Of a stretch of 64,000 nucleotides of DNA, positions 8,116 through 18,222 are shown piece by piece. Where the stretch lies: NCBI RefSeq assembly GCF_947626835.1, contig NZ_CANQTS010000008.1, positions 1,039 to 65,038 of the forward strand, in the 5' to 3' direction. Made by a program: the position numbers and the translations under genes. How positions within the stretch are numbered: position 1 is the stretch's first letter; each line of letters starts with the position of its first letter. The DNA comes from an uncultured Acinetobacter sp. GTDB taxonomy: Bacteria > Pseudomonadota > Gammaproteobacteria > Pseudomonadales > Moraxellaceae. The notes under the pieces are model-generated. The model was not told where the DNA came from and did not search any database. It worked only from the letters and a program-made list of their open reading frames with translations.

Positions 8116-9482
8116 TAAACCTCTCCAATTCTTAGATGTTCATCAATTCTATTTTGTTCATTTTTTAGTAGTTTCTCTGCCTGCTCTTTAGTATGTCTCA
8201 AATTATAAACTGTGGCAGAATCAGCACTACGATGACCATTTAGATACATCCTTTGTTCTATTTCCTTTTTTTCTGAAATAACATCATTTAACCTGCCTTC
8301 CTCTACTGCTAAAGCATTGTTTGTATCAATAATTTTAGAAAATCTATTATTAAAATTATGTCTAAAGCTGTGTTTGGTTAGAGTTCTAGATGTAGAAAAA
8401 CCATTTTTCTTAATAAAATCGGCTAGTTTTTCACTAACAGCGACTTTCTCTACCATTTTAGAAAATTGAATTAGTGACAATGGATCCCCTTTACTTTTTC
8501 CTTTATTTGAAACAAACAAAAAACTATGTGATTTTGTATTAGGTATTTCTCTACGCTCATATAAAATATAATTTCTAAGTTCATTAGATAGTTTACGTGA
8601 GATAGGAATATCTCTTTCTTCAGTTTTTGCATTCGGTTCGAATCTACGCTTTGTATCTTCGGGATCGTTATGCCTTCTTCTTACTTGAATTGCTGAGTCC
8701 GAAAAATCAATATCTGTAATCTTTAGCTGTAATATTTCACCCGTTCTCATACCTGTTTCATAAAGCACTCGAAACAATAAATAATTTCTAGTTCTAACAG
8801 CAGAAGTAAATGGATTCATTGGATTCTCTAAATCAACAATCCTCATGACTTCATCAAAGACTTCGGCAGGAGGTGCCTTTCTATCAGGATCAGTTACTTT
8901 GTTTCTGGAACTACGGCCTTTACTCTTTTGATTCAAAATATTGCTTTTAATTCGAGATATTTGATCTAAGTAAGCTGAAAAAGAAGGTTTAGATCTTAAG
9001 ATATTGATTGCTAAAAATTCAAAATATTCTGCGAATTCATGAATTCGACCTATTTGTTGCTCTACCCCCACTATTGGATCAGGGATTTTACTTATCGGAG
9101 ATATGAATTTAATTAAGTTATCATTTCTTGTTTTTTTCGATGAGGCTTTTAAATTTCTTCTCGCAGCTTTTGAAGTTAATTTACAATGATGGCCAATCTG
9201 ATGGATTTCATTTGTCGTAAATAAATCATCATTTAGTATTTTAGTATGGTCATTAAATGCACGGATTATCTTGTCTGATAAACGTTCACCTACAATTTGT
9301 TCCCAAATATTGATATGAACCAAGTTGTTTAAATGTGCTCTTTGAGTAGCCTGAGTCTGAGATCTCACTTTAGTAGTCATATAGAGTGTAGTCCAGAAAT
9401 CAGGAATACCATCTTCATTAACTAACAAAGTAAATCGCTCACCCTCTTGAGCTATGAAGTTTTTACGGTGTAAGTCAGACAT
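8115..9482 (-). CDS. Tyrosine recombinase, GinA-like (start corrected to MSDLHRK)
   Basis: ETGMRTGE (Arg I), AKTEER (Lys), KHSFRH (HxxR), NGHRS..TVY (His II, Tyr): complete catalytic set. TAATG overlap with the next gene. The ORF-track start at 9542 runs through the AT-rich dyad region. Confidence 0.9.
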   Translation of the reverse strand: MSDLHRKNFIAQEGERFTLLVNEDGIPDFWTTLYMTTKVRSQTQATQRAHLNNLVHINIWEQIVGERLSDKIIRAFNDHTKILNDDLFTTNEIHQIGHHCKLTSKAARRNLKASSKKTRNDNLIKFISPISKIPDPIVGVEQQIGRIHEFAEYFEFLAINILRSKPSFSAYLDQISRIKSNILNQKSKGRSSRNKVTDPDRKAPPAEVFDEVMRIVDLENPMNPFTSAVRTRNYLLFRVLYETGMRTGEILQLKITDIDFSDSAIQVRRRHNDPEDTKRRFEPNAKTEERDIPISRKLSNELRNYILYERREIPNTKSHSFLFVSNKGKSKGDPLSLIQFSKMVEKVAVSEKLADFIKKNGFSTSRTLTKHSFRHNFNNRFSKIIDTNNALAVEEGRLNDVISEKKEIEQRMYLNGHRSADSATVYNLRHTKEQAEKLLKNEQNRIDEHLRIGEV

Positions 9483-9495
9483 ACTTAAGAATAAT

Positions 9496-9519
9496 AAATA
9501 CAATGTTTTATATTGTATA
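9496..9519. repeat. Dyad AAATACAAT-N7-ATTGTATA, inner copy
   Basis: ATACAAT gttttat ATTGTAT at 9498-9518, 15 nt upstream of the first recombinase ATG. Confidence 0.7.
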
Positions 9520-9554
9520 AAGTTATTTTTAAGAAAATACAAGTTTTTTAGATT

Positions 9555-9590
9555 AAAAAAAATAAGAACCCAATCTAAATCAGGTTCTTA
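9555..9590 (-). terminator. Rho-independent terminator downstream of ssb
   Basis: TAAGAACC-N12-GGTTCTTA stem followed by T8 on the minus strand. Confidence 0.65.
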
Positions 9591-9599
9591 CTCTATCTT

Positions 9600-9624
9600 A
9601 AATACAATATTTAGTTATTGTATA
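9600..9624. repeat. Dyad AAATACAAT-N8-ATTGTATA, outer copy; candidate att core
   Basis: ATACAATA tttagt TATTGTAT at 9602-9623 (8-bp arms, 6-bp spacer), 3 nt after the ssb stop. Confidence 0.7.
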
Positions 9625-9626
9625 GT

Positions 9627-10223
9627 CTAAAATGGTAAGTCATCGTCCATATCCGCAGGTGGTTGTGCAGCAGGCGCTTTAGGCGCAGCTTGCGGTGCAA
9701 AACCACTTGGGTTGTTGTTGCCATAACCATTTTGATTTGGCGCAAAACCACCTTGGTTGGCATTATTGGCATAACCACCTTGGTTATTGTTATAGCCGCC
9801 TTGATTAGCATTGCCATAACCACCTTGGTTATTGTTGTTAAAACGCGGTTGACCAAAACCACCTTCTTGTGCCGCGCCATCACTTTGACCACGTGAGTCA
9901 AGCATTTGCATTTGATCACCACGGATTTCGGTGCTGTAACGCTCTTGACCGTTTTGATCAGTCCATTTACGGGTACGTAATGAACCTTCAATATAAACTT
10001 TTGAGCCTTTTCGTAAATATTGCTGTGCAATTTCACCTAAACGGTTATTCAGCACAATACGGTGCCATTCGGTTTGTTCTTTACGTTCACCGCTGGCTTT
10101 ATCTACCCAAGCTTCACTGGTTGCAATTGAAAATTGAGTAATTGAACCACCATTTGGAAAGCTTTTGGTTTCCGGATCTTTACCCAACGTACCCACTAAA
10201 ATAACTTTATTTACACCACGCAT
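9627..10223 (-). CDS. ssb: Single-stranded DNA-binding protein
   Basis: [13 protein letters not shown]-fold, EWHR motif, N/G/Q-rich linker, acidic tail DDDLPF. Start corrected to MRGVNK. Confidence 0.98.
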   Translation of the reverse strand: MRGVNKVILVGTLGKDPETKSFPNGGSITQFSIATSEAWVDKASGERKEQTEWHRIVLNNRLGEIAQQYLRKGSKVYIEGSLRTRKWTDQNGQERYSTEIRGDQMQMLDSRGQSDGAAQEGGFGQPRFNNNNQGGYGNANQGGYNNNQGGYANNANQGGFAPNQNGYGNNNPSGFAPQAAPKAPAAQPPADMDDDLPF

Positions 10224-10276
10224 GAGTTCTATACCTAACAACTGTTTTTACTTGTTTTACTTTATAAGAGTTAAGC

Positions 10277-11641
10277 CTAAATGGCTATATCTTTCCCTAA
10301 CAACTGCGTTAATTGTTGTCGCCCTGCATCATCCAGTAACTGCTTTTCAACTTTAACATAAGCCACGTTTTGCTCGGCCATAATCACCACTTCTTCAATG
10401 CCACGAATTGCCAATAAAGTTTGGCTCCATTCTTGGTCTTTTTGATTTTCAGGTAAACGAAACACCATAGAAGATAAATAACGTGGCTGCTTTAATCCAA
10501 AGCTGACCAATAACCATAAAATGGCAATTACTGTTAAAATGCTCCAACCTAAGGCCGTGTTGTTGAGTAGTAATAATTGCCCACCCAAAAGACCACCCAC
10601 AAATGCACCTAAAAATTGGCTAGAGGCATTGACGCCCATGGCGGTGGCTTTAGATTGAATGGGTGCCGATTTTGACATCCATGAAGGTAGCAATGCTTCC
10701 ATCACGTTAAAGGCAATAAAGAACAGTGCTAGACCTAACAATAAGATATATTTTGATTCAAAACCAAAAATCAAAATGATTAAACCTAAGATAATACCGC
10801 CAATCGCGGTTAAGAAAATGCCCCGCATTTTGCGGTATTTCTCGGCCAAAATAATGCTTGGGAAGGCAAAAAACAAACTCAGCACCAACAATGGCAAGTA
10901 CACCAAACCATGACTTGCAAGCGGTAAATCTGCCATCTCGATCAACTGGGATGGCATATAAATAAACATCGCGGTAAGCAATAAATGTAAGCTAAATACC
11001 GAGACATGCAGACGGTTGAGATCGCCCATTTTAAGCACTTGCTTCAGTTGTGTGATGTAACCTTGTTGGAAATTTTCATGGTGACGAATCACTTTAGGCA
11101 CCAAAGCCAACATTCCAATCGCCACTAAACCCATAATCGTAGTCACCCAAAACAAGCCTGAGATGCCCACTAAACTGGTCAGCCAAGGACCTAAGCTAAA
11201 AGCCACCACAAAGGATAAACCAATACTCATGCCCATCATCGCCATAGCTTTAGAGCGTTGCTCCTCTCGGGTCACATCGGCCAGTAATGCCATGACGACC
11301 GCAGACACAGCTCCACCACCGGCAATGGCACGCCCAATGATCACCCCATAAATGCTCTCAGACATGGCAGCGACTGCCCCACCTAAAGCAAACATTAATA
11401 AACCAATCACAATTAAAGGTTTACGGCTATAACGGTCGGCAATCAAGCTAAATGGAATCTGTAAAAGGGCTTGGGTCAAACCATAGACCCCCACGGCTAG
11501 ACCAATCAGCATTGGGGTGGCATGTGCATATTGCTGCCCCGCGACCGAAAACACCGGAATAATCATGAATAAACCCAACATGCGTAAAGCAAAAATACTG
11601 CTTAAGGCAAAAGTTGAGCGTCGTTCTAAGGCATTCATCAT
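10277..11641 (-). CDS. MFS transporter, YajR-like
   Basis: 12-TM pattern, ADRYSRKP motif A, C-terminal soluble domain, position next to ssb. Confidence 0.9.
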   Translation of the reverse strand: MMNALERRSTFALSSIFALRMLGLFMIIPVFSVAGQQYAHATPMLIGLAVGVYGLTQALLQIPFSLIADRYSRKPLIVIGLLMFALGGAVAAMSESIYGVIIGRAIAGGGAVSAVVMALLADVTREEQRSKAMAMMGMSIGLSFVVAFSLGPWLTSLVGISGLFWVTTIMGLVAIGMLALVPKVIRHHENFQQGYITQLKQVLKMGDLNRLHVSVFSLHLLLTAMFIYMPSQLIEMADLPLASHGLVYLPLLVLSLFFAFPSIILAEKYRKMRGIFLTAIGGIILGLIILIFGFESKYILLLGLALFFIAFNVMEALLPSWMSKSAPIQSKATAMGVNASSQFLGAFVGGLLGGQLLLLNNTALGWSILTVIAILWLLVSFGLKQPRYLSSMVFRLPENQKDQEWSQTLLAIRGIEEVVIMAEQNVAYVKVEKQLLDDAGRQQLTQLLGKDIAI

Positions 11642-11712
11642 AGGGTTTGGGATTTTATAGCAAGGTCGCTAATATGCTACATCATTCAGCCTCAAGCTGC
11701 TATTTCAGGCAT

Positions 11713-11736
11713 AAAAAAGGCGCATTGAAATGCGCC
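11713..11736 (-). terminator. Terminator after the DUF475 gene
   Basis: GGCGCA-TTTCAA-TGCGCC followed by T6 on the minus strand. Confidence 0.7.
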
Positions 11737-11752
11737 ATAGTTGATATCGGTT

Positions 11753-12841
11753 TTACGAATCTAACTTTGCTTGACGTTTACGATACTGAATCGACGCAAT
11801 AATCGCCCAAACAATAAATGCCACACCAATTAAACCAGTCACAACTTCAGGGACGTGTAAACCAGTACCACTGGCAATCATAATGAACGCCAAAGCACCA
11901 ATGGCATAATGGGCACCATGCTCTAAATACACATAGGCATCTAAAGTGCCTTTTTCTACCAAATAAATGGTAATAGAACGCACGAAGATTGCACCAATGG
12001 CAAGACCGAGCATAATGATCACCACGTCTGAGGTAATCGCAAATGCACCTATTACACCATCAAAACTAAACGATGCATCGAGCACTTCAAGGTACAAAAA
12101 GCCACCAATACCAGCTTTTACCACACCACCTGGTACAGGATTACCGGCTTTGTCTACAGTATTGCCATCGTCATCTAATTCAGGCTCGCCGCCTAATAAA
12201 TGGCTGAGGACTTGTACACCAATATAAATCACAATGCCCCAAATACCCGCCATAGTCATCACCAGACGTTTGGCTTCATCTACATTGGCAGCCATAACTA
12301 AAAGTGCCACTAAAGCCACAAACACCGACAGTGCAGGCACAGAGGCTAAATTGGCTAAGCGACGCTCAATCCATTTAAACCAATGGGTGTCTTTACCATC
12401 ATCTAAGAAGAAGTTTAAGAACACCATGAGTAAGAATGCACCACCAAAAGCGGCAATTTCAGGATGGTGATTCATTAAACGTGCTGAGTATTCTTTAGGA
12501 TCATTTAACGCTAAATTCACCACTTCCATCATGCCCATGTCGGCTGTCACCGCCACAATCACAATTGGGAAAATTAAACGCATACCAAACACGGCCACCA
12601 AAATCCCGACCGTTAAAAACAGCATTTTCCAAAAATGATCCCAATGGCGCAGTACCGATGCATTTACAACCGCATTATCAAACGACAACGACACTTCCAT
12701 GACTGCCAAAATGGCGGTAATGGTCAGCATCGTCAACATGGTTTTTAAGCCTGCGTCAGGTCCATGGGTATAACCCCAATAAGCCGACAGCCCCAAACAC
12801 ACGATCGTAAATACAATTGAAAAACCAAAATGTTTCCACAT
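11753..12841 (-). CDS. DUF475 (TerC-related) integral membrane protein
   Basis: EVSLSFDNAVVNA, LEVLDASFSFDGVIGAFAIT and YLEHGAHYAIG family motifs. Confidence 0.9.
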   Translation of the reverse strand: MWKHFGFSIVFTIVCLGLSAYWGYTHGPDAGLKTMLTMLTITAILAVMEVSLSFDNAVVNASVLRHWDHFWKMLFLTVGILVAVFGMRLIFPIVIVAVTADMGMMEVVNLALNDPKEYSARLMNHHPEIAAFGGAFLLMVFLNFFLDDGKDTHWFKWIERRLANLASVPALSVFVALVALLVMAANVDEAKRLVMTMAGIWGIVIYIGVQVLSHLLGGEPELDDDGNTVDKAGNPVPGGVVKAGIGGFLYLEVLDASFSFDGVIGAFAITSDVVIIMLGLAIGAIFVRSITIYLVEKGTLDAYVYLEHGAHYAIGALAFIMIASGTGLHVPEVVTGLIGVAFIVWAIIASIQYRKRQAKLDS

Positions 12842-13042
12842 AATTTTTCGACCTTAAATATTAATCAATAAGAAAACGCTTGGGCAATCTGGCCAAACAA
12901 GCATTTATACGTTGCGATTATTGTACTCGTAAAGAGCTAAGGGTCGTTGAATTTATTGTCTGACTGACGGCATTTTTTGCCCTAGGGCTAGACTGGATAA
13001 ATTGTTATAGTCCCACACAATTTCACCTCTTGGATTCAAGAT

Positions 13043-13705
13043 ATGCTTTTCTCTGCACAGCTTTGGCAACAACATGCCGACATTTATCAAAAAATTCTCG
13101 CGCATCCGTTTAATCAACAATTAAGCCAAGGCACGTTATCGCAAAGTGCTTTTCAGCATTATATGATTCAAGATGCACATTATTTGGTGGCTTACGGACG
13201 CGCCTTAGCCGTATGTGCAGCCAAAGCTTTTGATGCCAAAGACGTGATTCAATTTGCCGAAGCTGCCAAATTGGCGATTGTATTTGAACGTGAAATGCAT
13301 GACAGCTTTTTAACCCAGTTTAATGTCAGCCAAGCAGAATTTGAAAATGCTCCGCTCACCTTAGCCTGTCACCATTACACCAGTTTTTTAACTGCTACCG
13401 CATGGTCAGAAAGTTACCCTGTGGTATTGGCATCTTTGCTGCCATGTTTTTGGATTTATGCCGAAGTCGGTCGTGATATTGTCAAGCAATCGGTTGCCAA
13501 CAACCCTTATCAAGCATGGATTGATACCTATGCAGGCGAAGAGTTTCACACTGCTGTTGGTGAAGTAGTGGCGACTATTGACCGTGTTGCTGCGCGTTGT
13601 GATGAAGATACCTTAGCTAAAATGCATCAAGCCTATCGCCGTGGTGCAGAACTCGAATGGCTGTTTTGGGACAGCGCTTATCATGAGCAGACTTGGCCTT
13701 TATAA
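13043..13705 (+). CDS. tenA: TenA thiaminase II / aminopyrimidine aminohydrolase
   Basis: HPF..YMIQDAHYL, LLPCFWIY (catalytic Cys), YQAWIDTY, EWLFWD. Confidence 0.9.
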   Translation: MLFSAQLWQQHADIYQKILAHPFNQQLSQGTLSQSAFQHYMIQDAHYLVAYGRALAVCAAKAFDAKDVIQFAEAAKLAIVFEREMHDSFLTQFNVSQAEFENAPLTLACHHYTSFLTATAWSESYPVVLASLLPCFWIYAEVGRDIVKQSVANNPYQAWIDTYAGEEFHTAVGEVVATIDRVAARCDEDTLAKMHQAYRRGAELEWLFWDSAYHEQTWPL

Positions 13706-13882
13706 TTTCACTTGGCGATTAAACAAGTTTATGTTTGATCGCCTGATGTTGTGCAGCTATAGATTTGCCCATAAACACAGCACTCCGACATAATTTGACG
13801 TACAAATGTAGTCAAAGCCCACTTGAACATTTTTCATGCGCTATTATATACGCCTCTCAAGATAAATGTTTAGGATCATTGC

Positions 13883-16714
13883 ATGAGCCAAAGTCATATC
13901 CGTATTCGAGGCGCACGTACCCATAATTTAAAAAATGTGAACCTTGATATTCCACGCGATCAGTTTGTGGTGATTACGGGGCTTTCGGGTTCAGGTAAGT
14001 CATCACTTGCTTTTGATACCTTATATGCCGAAGGTCAGCGTCGTTATGTAGAATCGCTGTCGGCTTATGCGCGTCAATTCCTATCACAAATGGAAAAACC
14101 CGAAGTCGACTCGATTGAAGGTTTAAGCCCAGCCATTGCCATCGAGCAAAAATCAACAAGTCATAACCCACGTTCAACCGTGGGCACCATTACCGAAATT
14201 TACGACTATTTACGTTTATTGTATGCCCGTGTCGGTACACCGTATTGCCCTGAGCATGACCTACCTATGGTGGCGCAAACCGTGTCAGAAATGGTCGATG
14301 CAGTCAAAGGACTAGAAGAAGGTACAGCGCTGATGCTGCTTGCGCCAGTGGTGCGTGAACGTAAAGGTGAATACAGTAATTTATTTGAGCAATTGCAAAG
14401 CCAAGGCTTTGTGCGTGCCCGCGTCGATGGTGAAATTGTTGATCTTGACCCGATACCTGAATTGGACAAAAAGAAGAAACATACTATTGAAGTGGTAGTC
14501 GATCGCTTTAAAGTCCGTGATGACTTAGGCAACCGTATTGCTGAAAGTTTTGAAACAGCGCTACGTTTAGGTGGTGATATTGCGATTTTATCATGGATGA
14601 ATGGTGAGCATGATGATCGAGTCTTTTCAGCCAAACACTCTTGCCCACAATGTGAACGCGCTGTAGCAGAACTCGAGCCACGTTTATTTTCATTTAATAA
14701 TCCCTTTGGTGCTTGCCCTGTCTGTGATGGTTTAGGCACACGTAACCATTTTAGTGCCGAAAAATTGATTCATAATTCTGAATTGTCCATTAGCCAAGGC
14801 GCAATTCGTGGTTGGGATCGTCAGCGTCCGTATTATTACAGCATGTTGCAAAAAGTGGCGGAGCACTACGGTTTTTCCATGGACGCAGCATGGAATCAAC
14901 TGGATAAAGACACGCAAAAGAAATTTTTATACGGCACAGGGCGTGACAAAATTGACTTAAGTTATATCGATGAACGTGGTCGTCGTCATAACCGTGTTAT
15001 GCCTTTTGAAGGAATTTTGCCGCATTTAGAACGTCGTTATCGTGAAACCGAAAGTAACTACGTACGTGATGATTTATCACAGTATTTATCCAATACCGCC
15101 TGTGACGCCTGCGATGGCTCTCGCCTTAATGAAATTTCACGTCATGTCAAAATCTTAGACAAGACCATTGCTGAAATCACAAAAATGTCGATTGGCGATG
15201 CCGAGCAGTATTATCAGGATTTAGAGCTCAGCGGTGCTAAAGGCGAAATTGCCGATAAAATCTTTAAAGAGATTCGTGACCGTCTGCACTTTTTAGTCTC
15301 GGTGGGTTTAAATTATTTAAGCCTGTCACGTTCTGCCGAAACTTTATCCGGTGGTGAAGCACAGCGTATTCGTTTGGCATCGCAAATTGGTGCAGGCTTA
15401 ATGGGCGTGATGTATGTGCTGGATGAACCTTCCATTGGTTTACATCAGCGTGATAACGACCGTTTGCTAGAAACTTTGGTGCGTTTACGCGATTTAGGCA
15501 ACACCGTATTAGTAGTGGAGCATGATGAAGATGCCATTCGCGCAGCCGATCATATTATTGATATTGGCCCGGGCGCAGGTGTACATGGTGGTCATGTGAT
15601 TGCTGAGGGTACTTATGATGAGATTTTGGCCAATCCTGATTCCTTAACGGGTCAGTATTTATCAGGTAAACTCAAAATCGAAGTGCCAAAAACACGCATT
15701 CAACCGCCAAAACCCGATGAGCAAATTAAGCTGATGGGCGCGGCAGGTCATAACCTTAAAAACGTAGACTTAACCTTACCTTTAGGCGTCATGACCTGCG
15801 TAACAGGTGTATCAGGTTCAGGTAAATCGACCTTAATTAACCGTACCTTGTTGCCGCTTGCTGCCACACAACTCAATGGTGCAACTACCTTAACTCCTGA
15901 GAAATTTGACTCGATTGATGGCTTACAGTTCTTAGATAAAGTGGTTGATATTGATCAAAGTCCAATTGGTCGTACCCCACGCTCTAACCCTGCCACCTAT
16001 ACCGGTTTATTTACCCCAATTCGTGAATTGTTTGCCCAAACCCAAGAAGCCAAAGCACGTGGTTATACCGCAGGCCGTTTTTCATTTAACGTCAAAGGTG
16101 GACGCTGCGAAGCCTGTGAAGGCGATGGCATGATTAAAGTCGCCATGCATTTCTTACCCGATATGTATGTGCCGTGTGATGCCTGTCATGGCAAGCGTTA
16201 TAACCGTGAGACCTTAGAAGTTGGCTATAAAGGTAAAAACATTGCCGATGTATTAGAGATGACCGTAGAAGATGCCATGCATTTCTTTGATGCGATTCCT
16301 GTGATTCATCGTCGTTTAGAAACCCTAAACCAAGTGGGTTTGGGCTATATTCGTTTAGGTCAGTCGGCAACCACTTTATCGGGCGGTGAAGCGCAACGGG
16401 TTAAACTTGCTCGTGAACTCGCTAAGCGTGATACAGGTAAAACCTTGTATGTGTTGGACGAGCCAACCACAGGTTTACATTTCCATGATATTGCTAAATT
16501 ACTGGATATTTTGCATCAGCTGCGTAACAAGGGTAATACCATTGTGGTGATTGAGCATAATTTGGATGTGATTAAAACTGCCGATTGGATTGTAGATTTA
16601 GGCCCTGAGGGCGGTTCAGGTGGCGGTATGATTATTGCCCAAGGTACACCAGAAGATATTGTAAATGTTGACGTTTCACATACAGGTCGTTTCTTAAAAC
16701 CGATGTTGAAATAA
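13883..16714 (+). CDS. uvrA: Excinuclease ABC subunit A
   Basis: Two Walker A motifs ([16 protein letters not shown]), LSGGEAQR signatures, Zn fingers. Confidence 0.99.
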   Translation: MSQSHIRIRGARTHNLKNVNLDIPRDQFVVITGLSGSGKSSLAFDTLYAEGQRRYVESLSAYARQFLSQMEKPEVDSIEGLSPAIAIEQKSTSHNPRSTVGTITEIYDYLRLLYARVGTPYCPEHDLPMVAQTVSEMVDAVKGLEEGTALMLLAPVVRERKGEYSNLFEQLQSQGFVRARVDGEIVDLDPIPELDKKKKHTIEVVVDRFKVRDDLGNRIAESFETALRLGGDIAILSWMNGEHDDRVFSAKHSCPQCERAVAELEPRLFSFNNPFGACPVCDGLGTRNHFSAEKLIHNSELSISQGAIRGWDRQRPYYYSMLQKVAEHYGFSMDAAWNQLDKDTQKKFLYGTGRDKIDLSYIDERGRRHNRVMPFEGILPHLERRYRETESNYVRDDLSQYLSNTACDACDGSRLNEISRHVKILDKTIAEITKMSIGDAEQYYQDLELSGAKGEIADKIFKEIRDRLHFLVSVGLNYLSLSRSAETLSGGEAQRIRLASQIGAGLMGVMYVLDEPSIGLHQRDNDRLLETLVRLRDLGNTVLVVEHDEDAIRAADHIIDIGPGAGVHGGHVIAEGTYDEILANPDSLTGQYLSGKLKIEVPKTRIQPPKPDEQIKLMGAAGHNLKNVDLTLPLGVMTCVTGVSGSGKSTLINRTLLPLAATQLNGATTLTPEKFDSIDGLQFLDKVVDIDQSPIGRTPRSNPATYTGLFTPIRELFAQTQEAKARGYTAGRFSFNVKGGRCEACEGDGMIKVAMHFLPDMYVPCDACHGKRYNRETLEVGYKGKNIADVLEMTVEDAMHFFDAIPVIHRRLETLNQVGLGYIRLGQSATTLSGGEAQRVKLARELAKRDTGKTLYVLDEPTTGLHFHDIAKLLDILHQLRNKGNTIVVIEHNLDVIKTADWIVDLGPEGGSGGGMIIAQGTPEDIVNVDVSHTGRFLKPMLK

Positions 16715-16720
16715 ATGATG

Positions 16721-16749
16721 TCCCCCTCTAAATAAGAGGGGGATTTTTT
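16721..16749 (+). terminator. Terminator after uvrA
   Basis: TCCCCCTCT-AAATA-AGAGGGGGA followed by a T-run. Confidence 0.75.
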
Positions 16750-16774
16750 GATTAATTCACGCGAAAATGAAAAG

Positions 16775-18115
16775 TTAATTTATTTCGGAAGCATATATAG
16801 TCTGCCGCTTTTTATATAGTGCAATTACACAGATAAAAGCAATCGCTAACGGTACAGCTAAGGCAAAGAAATAACCATTTACGCCTGACCAAGACAAAAC
16901 CATCCCACCAATGGCTGAACCTAAAATTGCACCTAAACGTCCCATACCAATTGCCCAACCTGTAGCCGTCGCACGTACCTGTGTAGGATAAGAAGCAATG
17001 ACTAAATAATTCAATGCAAGTTGCTGTCCACCAATACCAAAACCAGCAAAAGCGATTAGAGCAAAAATCAGACTCCATTGTTGGCTTGCAATTGTAAGAC
17101 CTAGGGCACAAGCAATTGCAATACCACAGATAAACATAAATGATAAAATCTTAGTGGTATTTAATCTAGGCAAGTAATAGGCAAGCGGTAAAGCAAATAA
17201 AATAAAAGCTGCATTTACCGTAACTGAAGCATAAGGGGCTTGTAATGGATCTAAACCAGCTTGTTTTAAAATGGTAGGTAGCCATGACAGTAACATAAAC
17301 CACGCAATCCAGTTGAAGAAATATGTTCCCCAAACTGCTAATGTCGTCTTGGCCAATCCCTGCTGAAATAAGCTGCTTAAACGCCCTGCACGTACTTTCT
17401 CATTATATTCATAGTCATCAAATGATAAATGCATTGATTGTGAACTTATGCGATTAAGTATTACAATGATACGCTCATGATTTTGGACTGATTTTTTTTG
17501 ACTTAAATATTGCAATGATTCAGGTAAGACAAAAAATAATACTAAAAGTAGTACTAATGGGACTACACCACCAATGAGGTAAATGCTCTGCCACCCCCAA
17601 ATTGGAATAATCTTAGCCGCTAATAAACCACCTAGCATTGCACCTGCTGGTAACGCTAGCAATACTCCTGTAGTAACTAAACCTTTAAAGCGTGATGGAG
17701 AATATTCTGATGCTAGTGCTAATAATACAGGCGTTGCTCCCCCCATCCCCAGACCAGCAATCACCCTAAGAATAAAAATATGCTCAAGTTTACTTACATA
17801 TGCAGTGAATAGAGTTGCCAATCCAAATACTAAAACGCAAGCCATTAAAGTATTGCGTCTGCCCCATCGGTCACCGAGAATACCCATTCCCATAGCCCCA
17901 ACAGTCATACCAATAATTCCTGCAGTTAATACGGGTGCTAAAGCTTTTGCTTGTAAATCAAAGGCTTCAATAATGGCTGAACCAGTAAATGCTACTGCTT
18001 GAGTATCAAAACCATCAAGTAGGGCAATTAAAAAACAAAGTAAGATGACTAAACACTGATAAAAAGAAAATCCTTGATCTAAAATCTGTGTAATTTTATT
18101 TTTTTGCGATTCCAT
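16775..18115 (-). CDS. Aromatic acid:H+ symporter (AAHS; PcaK/BenK-like MFS)
   Basis: LDGFDTQA TM1 Asp motif, GDRWGRR motif A, ASEYSP, YPTQVRATATGWA. Confidence 0.88.
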   Translation of the reverse strand: MESQKNKITQILDQGFSFYQCLVILLCFLIALLDGFDTQAVAFTGSAIIEAFDLQAKALAPVLTAGIIGMTVGAMGMGILGDRWGRRNTLMACVLVFGLATLFTAYVSKLEHIFILRVIAGLGMGGATPVLLALASEYSPSRFKGLVTTGVLLALPAGAMLGGLLAAKIIPIWGWQSIYLIGGVVPLVLLLVLFFVLPESLQYLSQKKSVQNHERIIVILNRISSQSMHLSFDDYEYNEKVRAGRLSSLFQQGLAKTTLAVWGTYFFNWIAWFMLLSWLPTILKQAGLDPLQAPYASVTVNAAFILFALPLAYYLPRLNTTKILSFMFICGIAIACALGLTIASQQWSLIFALIAFAGFGIGGQQLALNYLVIASYPTQVRATATGWAIGMGRLGAILGSAIGGMVLSWSGVNGYFFALAVPLAIAFICVIALYKKRQTIYASEIN

Positions 18116-18222
18116 TACCGTATTCTTTTATTATAGATAATAGTTGCATAATTTAACGATTATGAGATAAGCACAAGCCTATATGGAGTATATCTATATA
18201 TATTTAAAGTATAGAGTAGATC

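Larger units (their letters stand above)
1..9623. mobile_element. Genomic island of GInt type (three tyrosine recombinases plus small protein), right end, inserted 3' of ssb; left end lies outside the window
   Basis: Abrupt change from host-like genes (ssb onward) to AT-rich DNA just after the ssb stop. Four-gene recombinase operon at the border, followed by cargo. Dyad repeats at the junction. Exact crossover point not determinable from this window. Confidence 0.85.

Noticed and set aside
3981-9482. Assignment as a RIT element, gamma-mobile-trio or Tn554-type module
   Set aside because: RIT has three similar ~300-450-aa recombinases and no fourth gene; GMT and Tn554 have two recombinase-like genes plus one small gene. 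Three recombinases plus a small gene fits GInt better, pending an HMM check.
9483-9542. ORF-track N-terminal extension of the first recombinase (MYFLKNN...)
   Set aside because: It runs through the AT-rich dyad and promoter zone, is low-complexity, and lacks an RBS; MSDLHRK is the more plausible start.
9611-10036. 141-aa alternative-frame ORF overlapping ssb
   Set aside because: A by-product of the repetitive ssb linker; no domain features.
12842-13042. TPP riboswitch upstream of tenA
   Set aside because: The conserved GGGG..CUGAGA and AUACC..GAA core was not found.
13706-13882. LexA SOS box upstream of uvrA
   Set aside because: No CTGT-N8-ACAG is present, consistent with Acinetobacter lacking canonical LexA.
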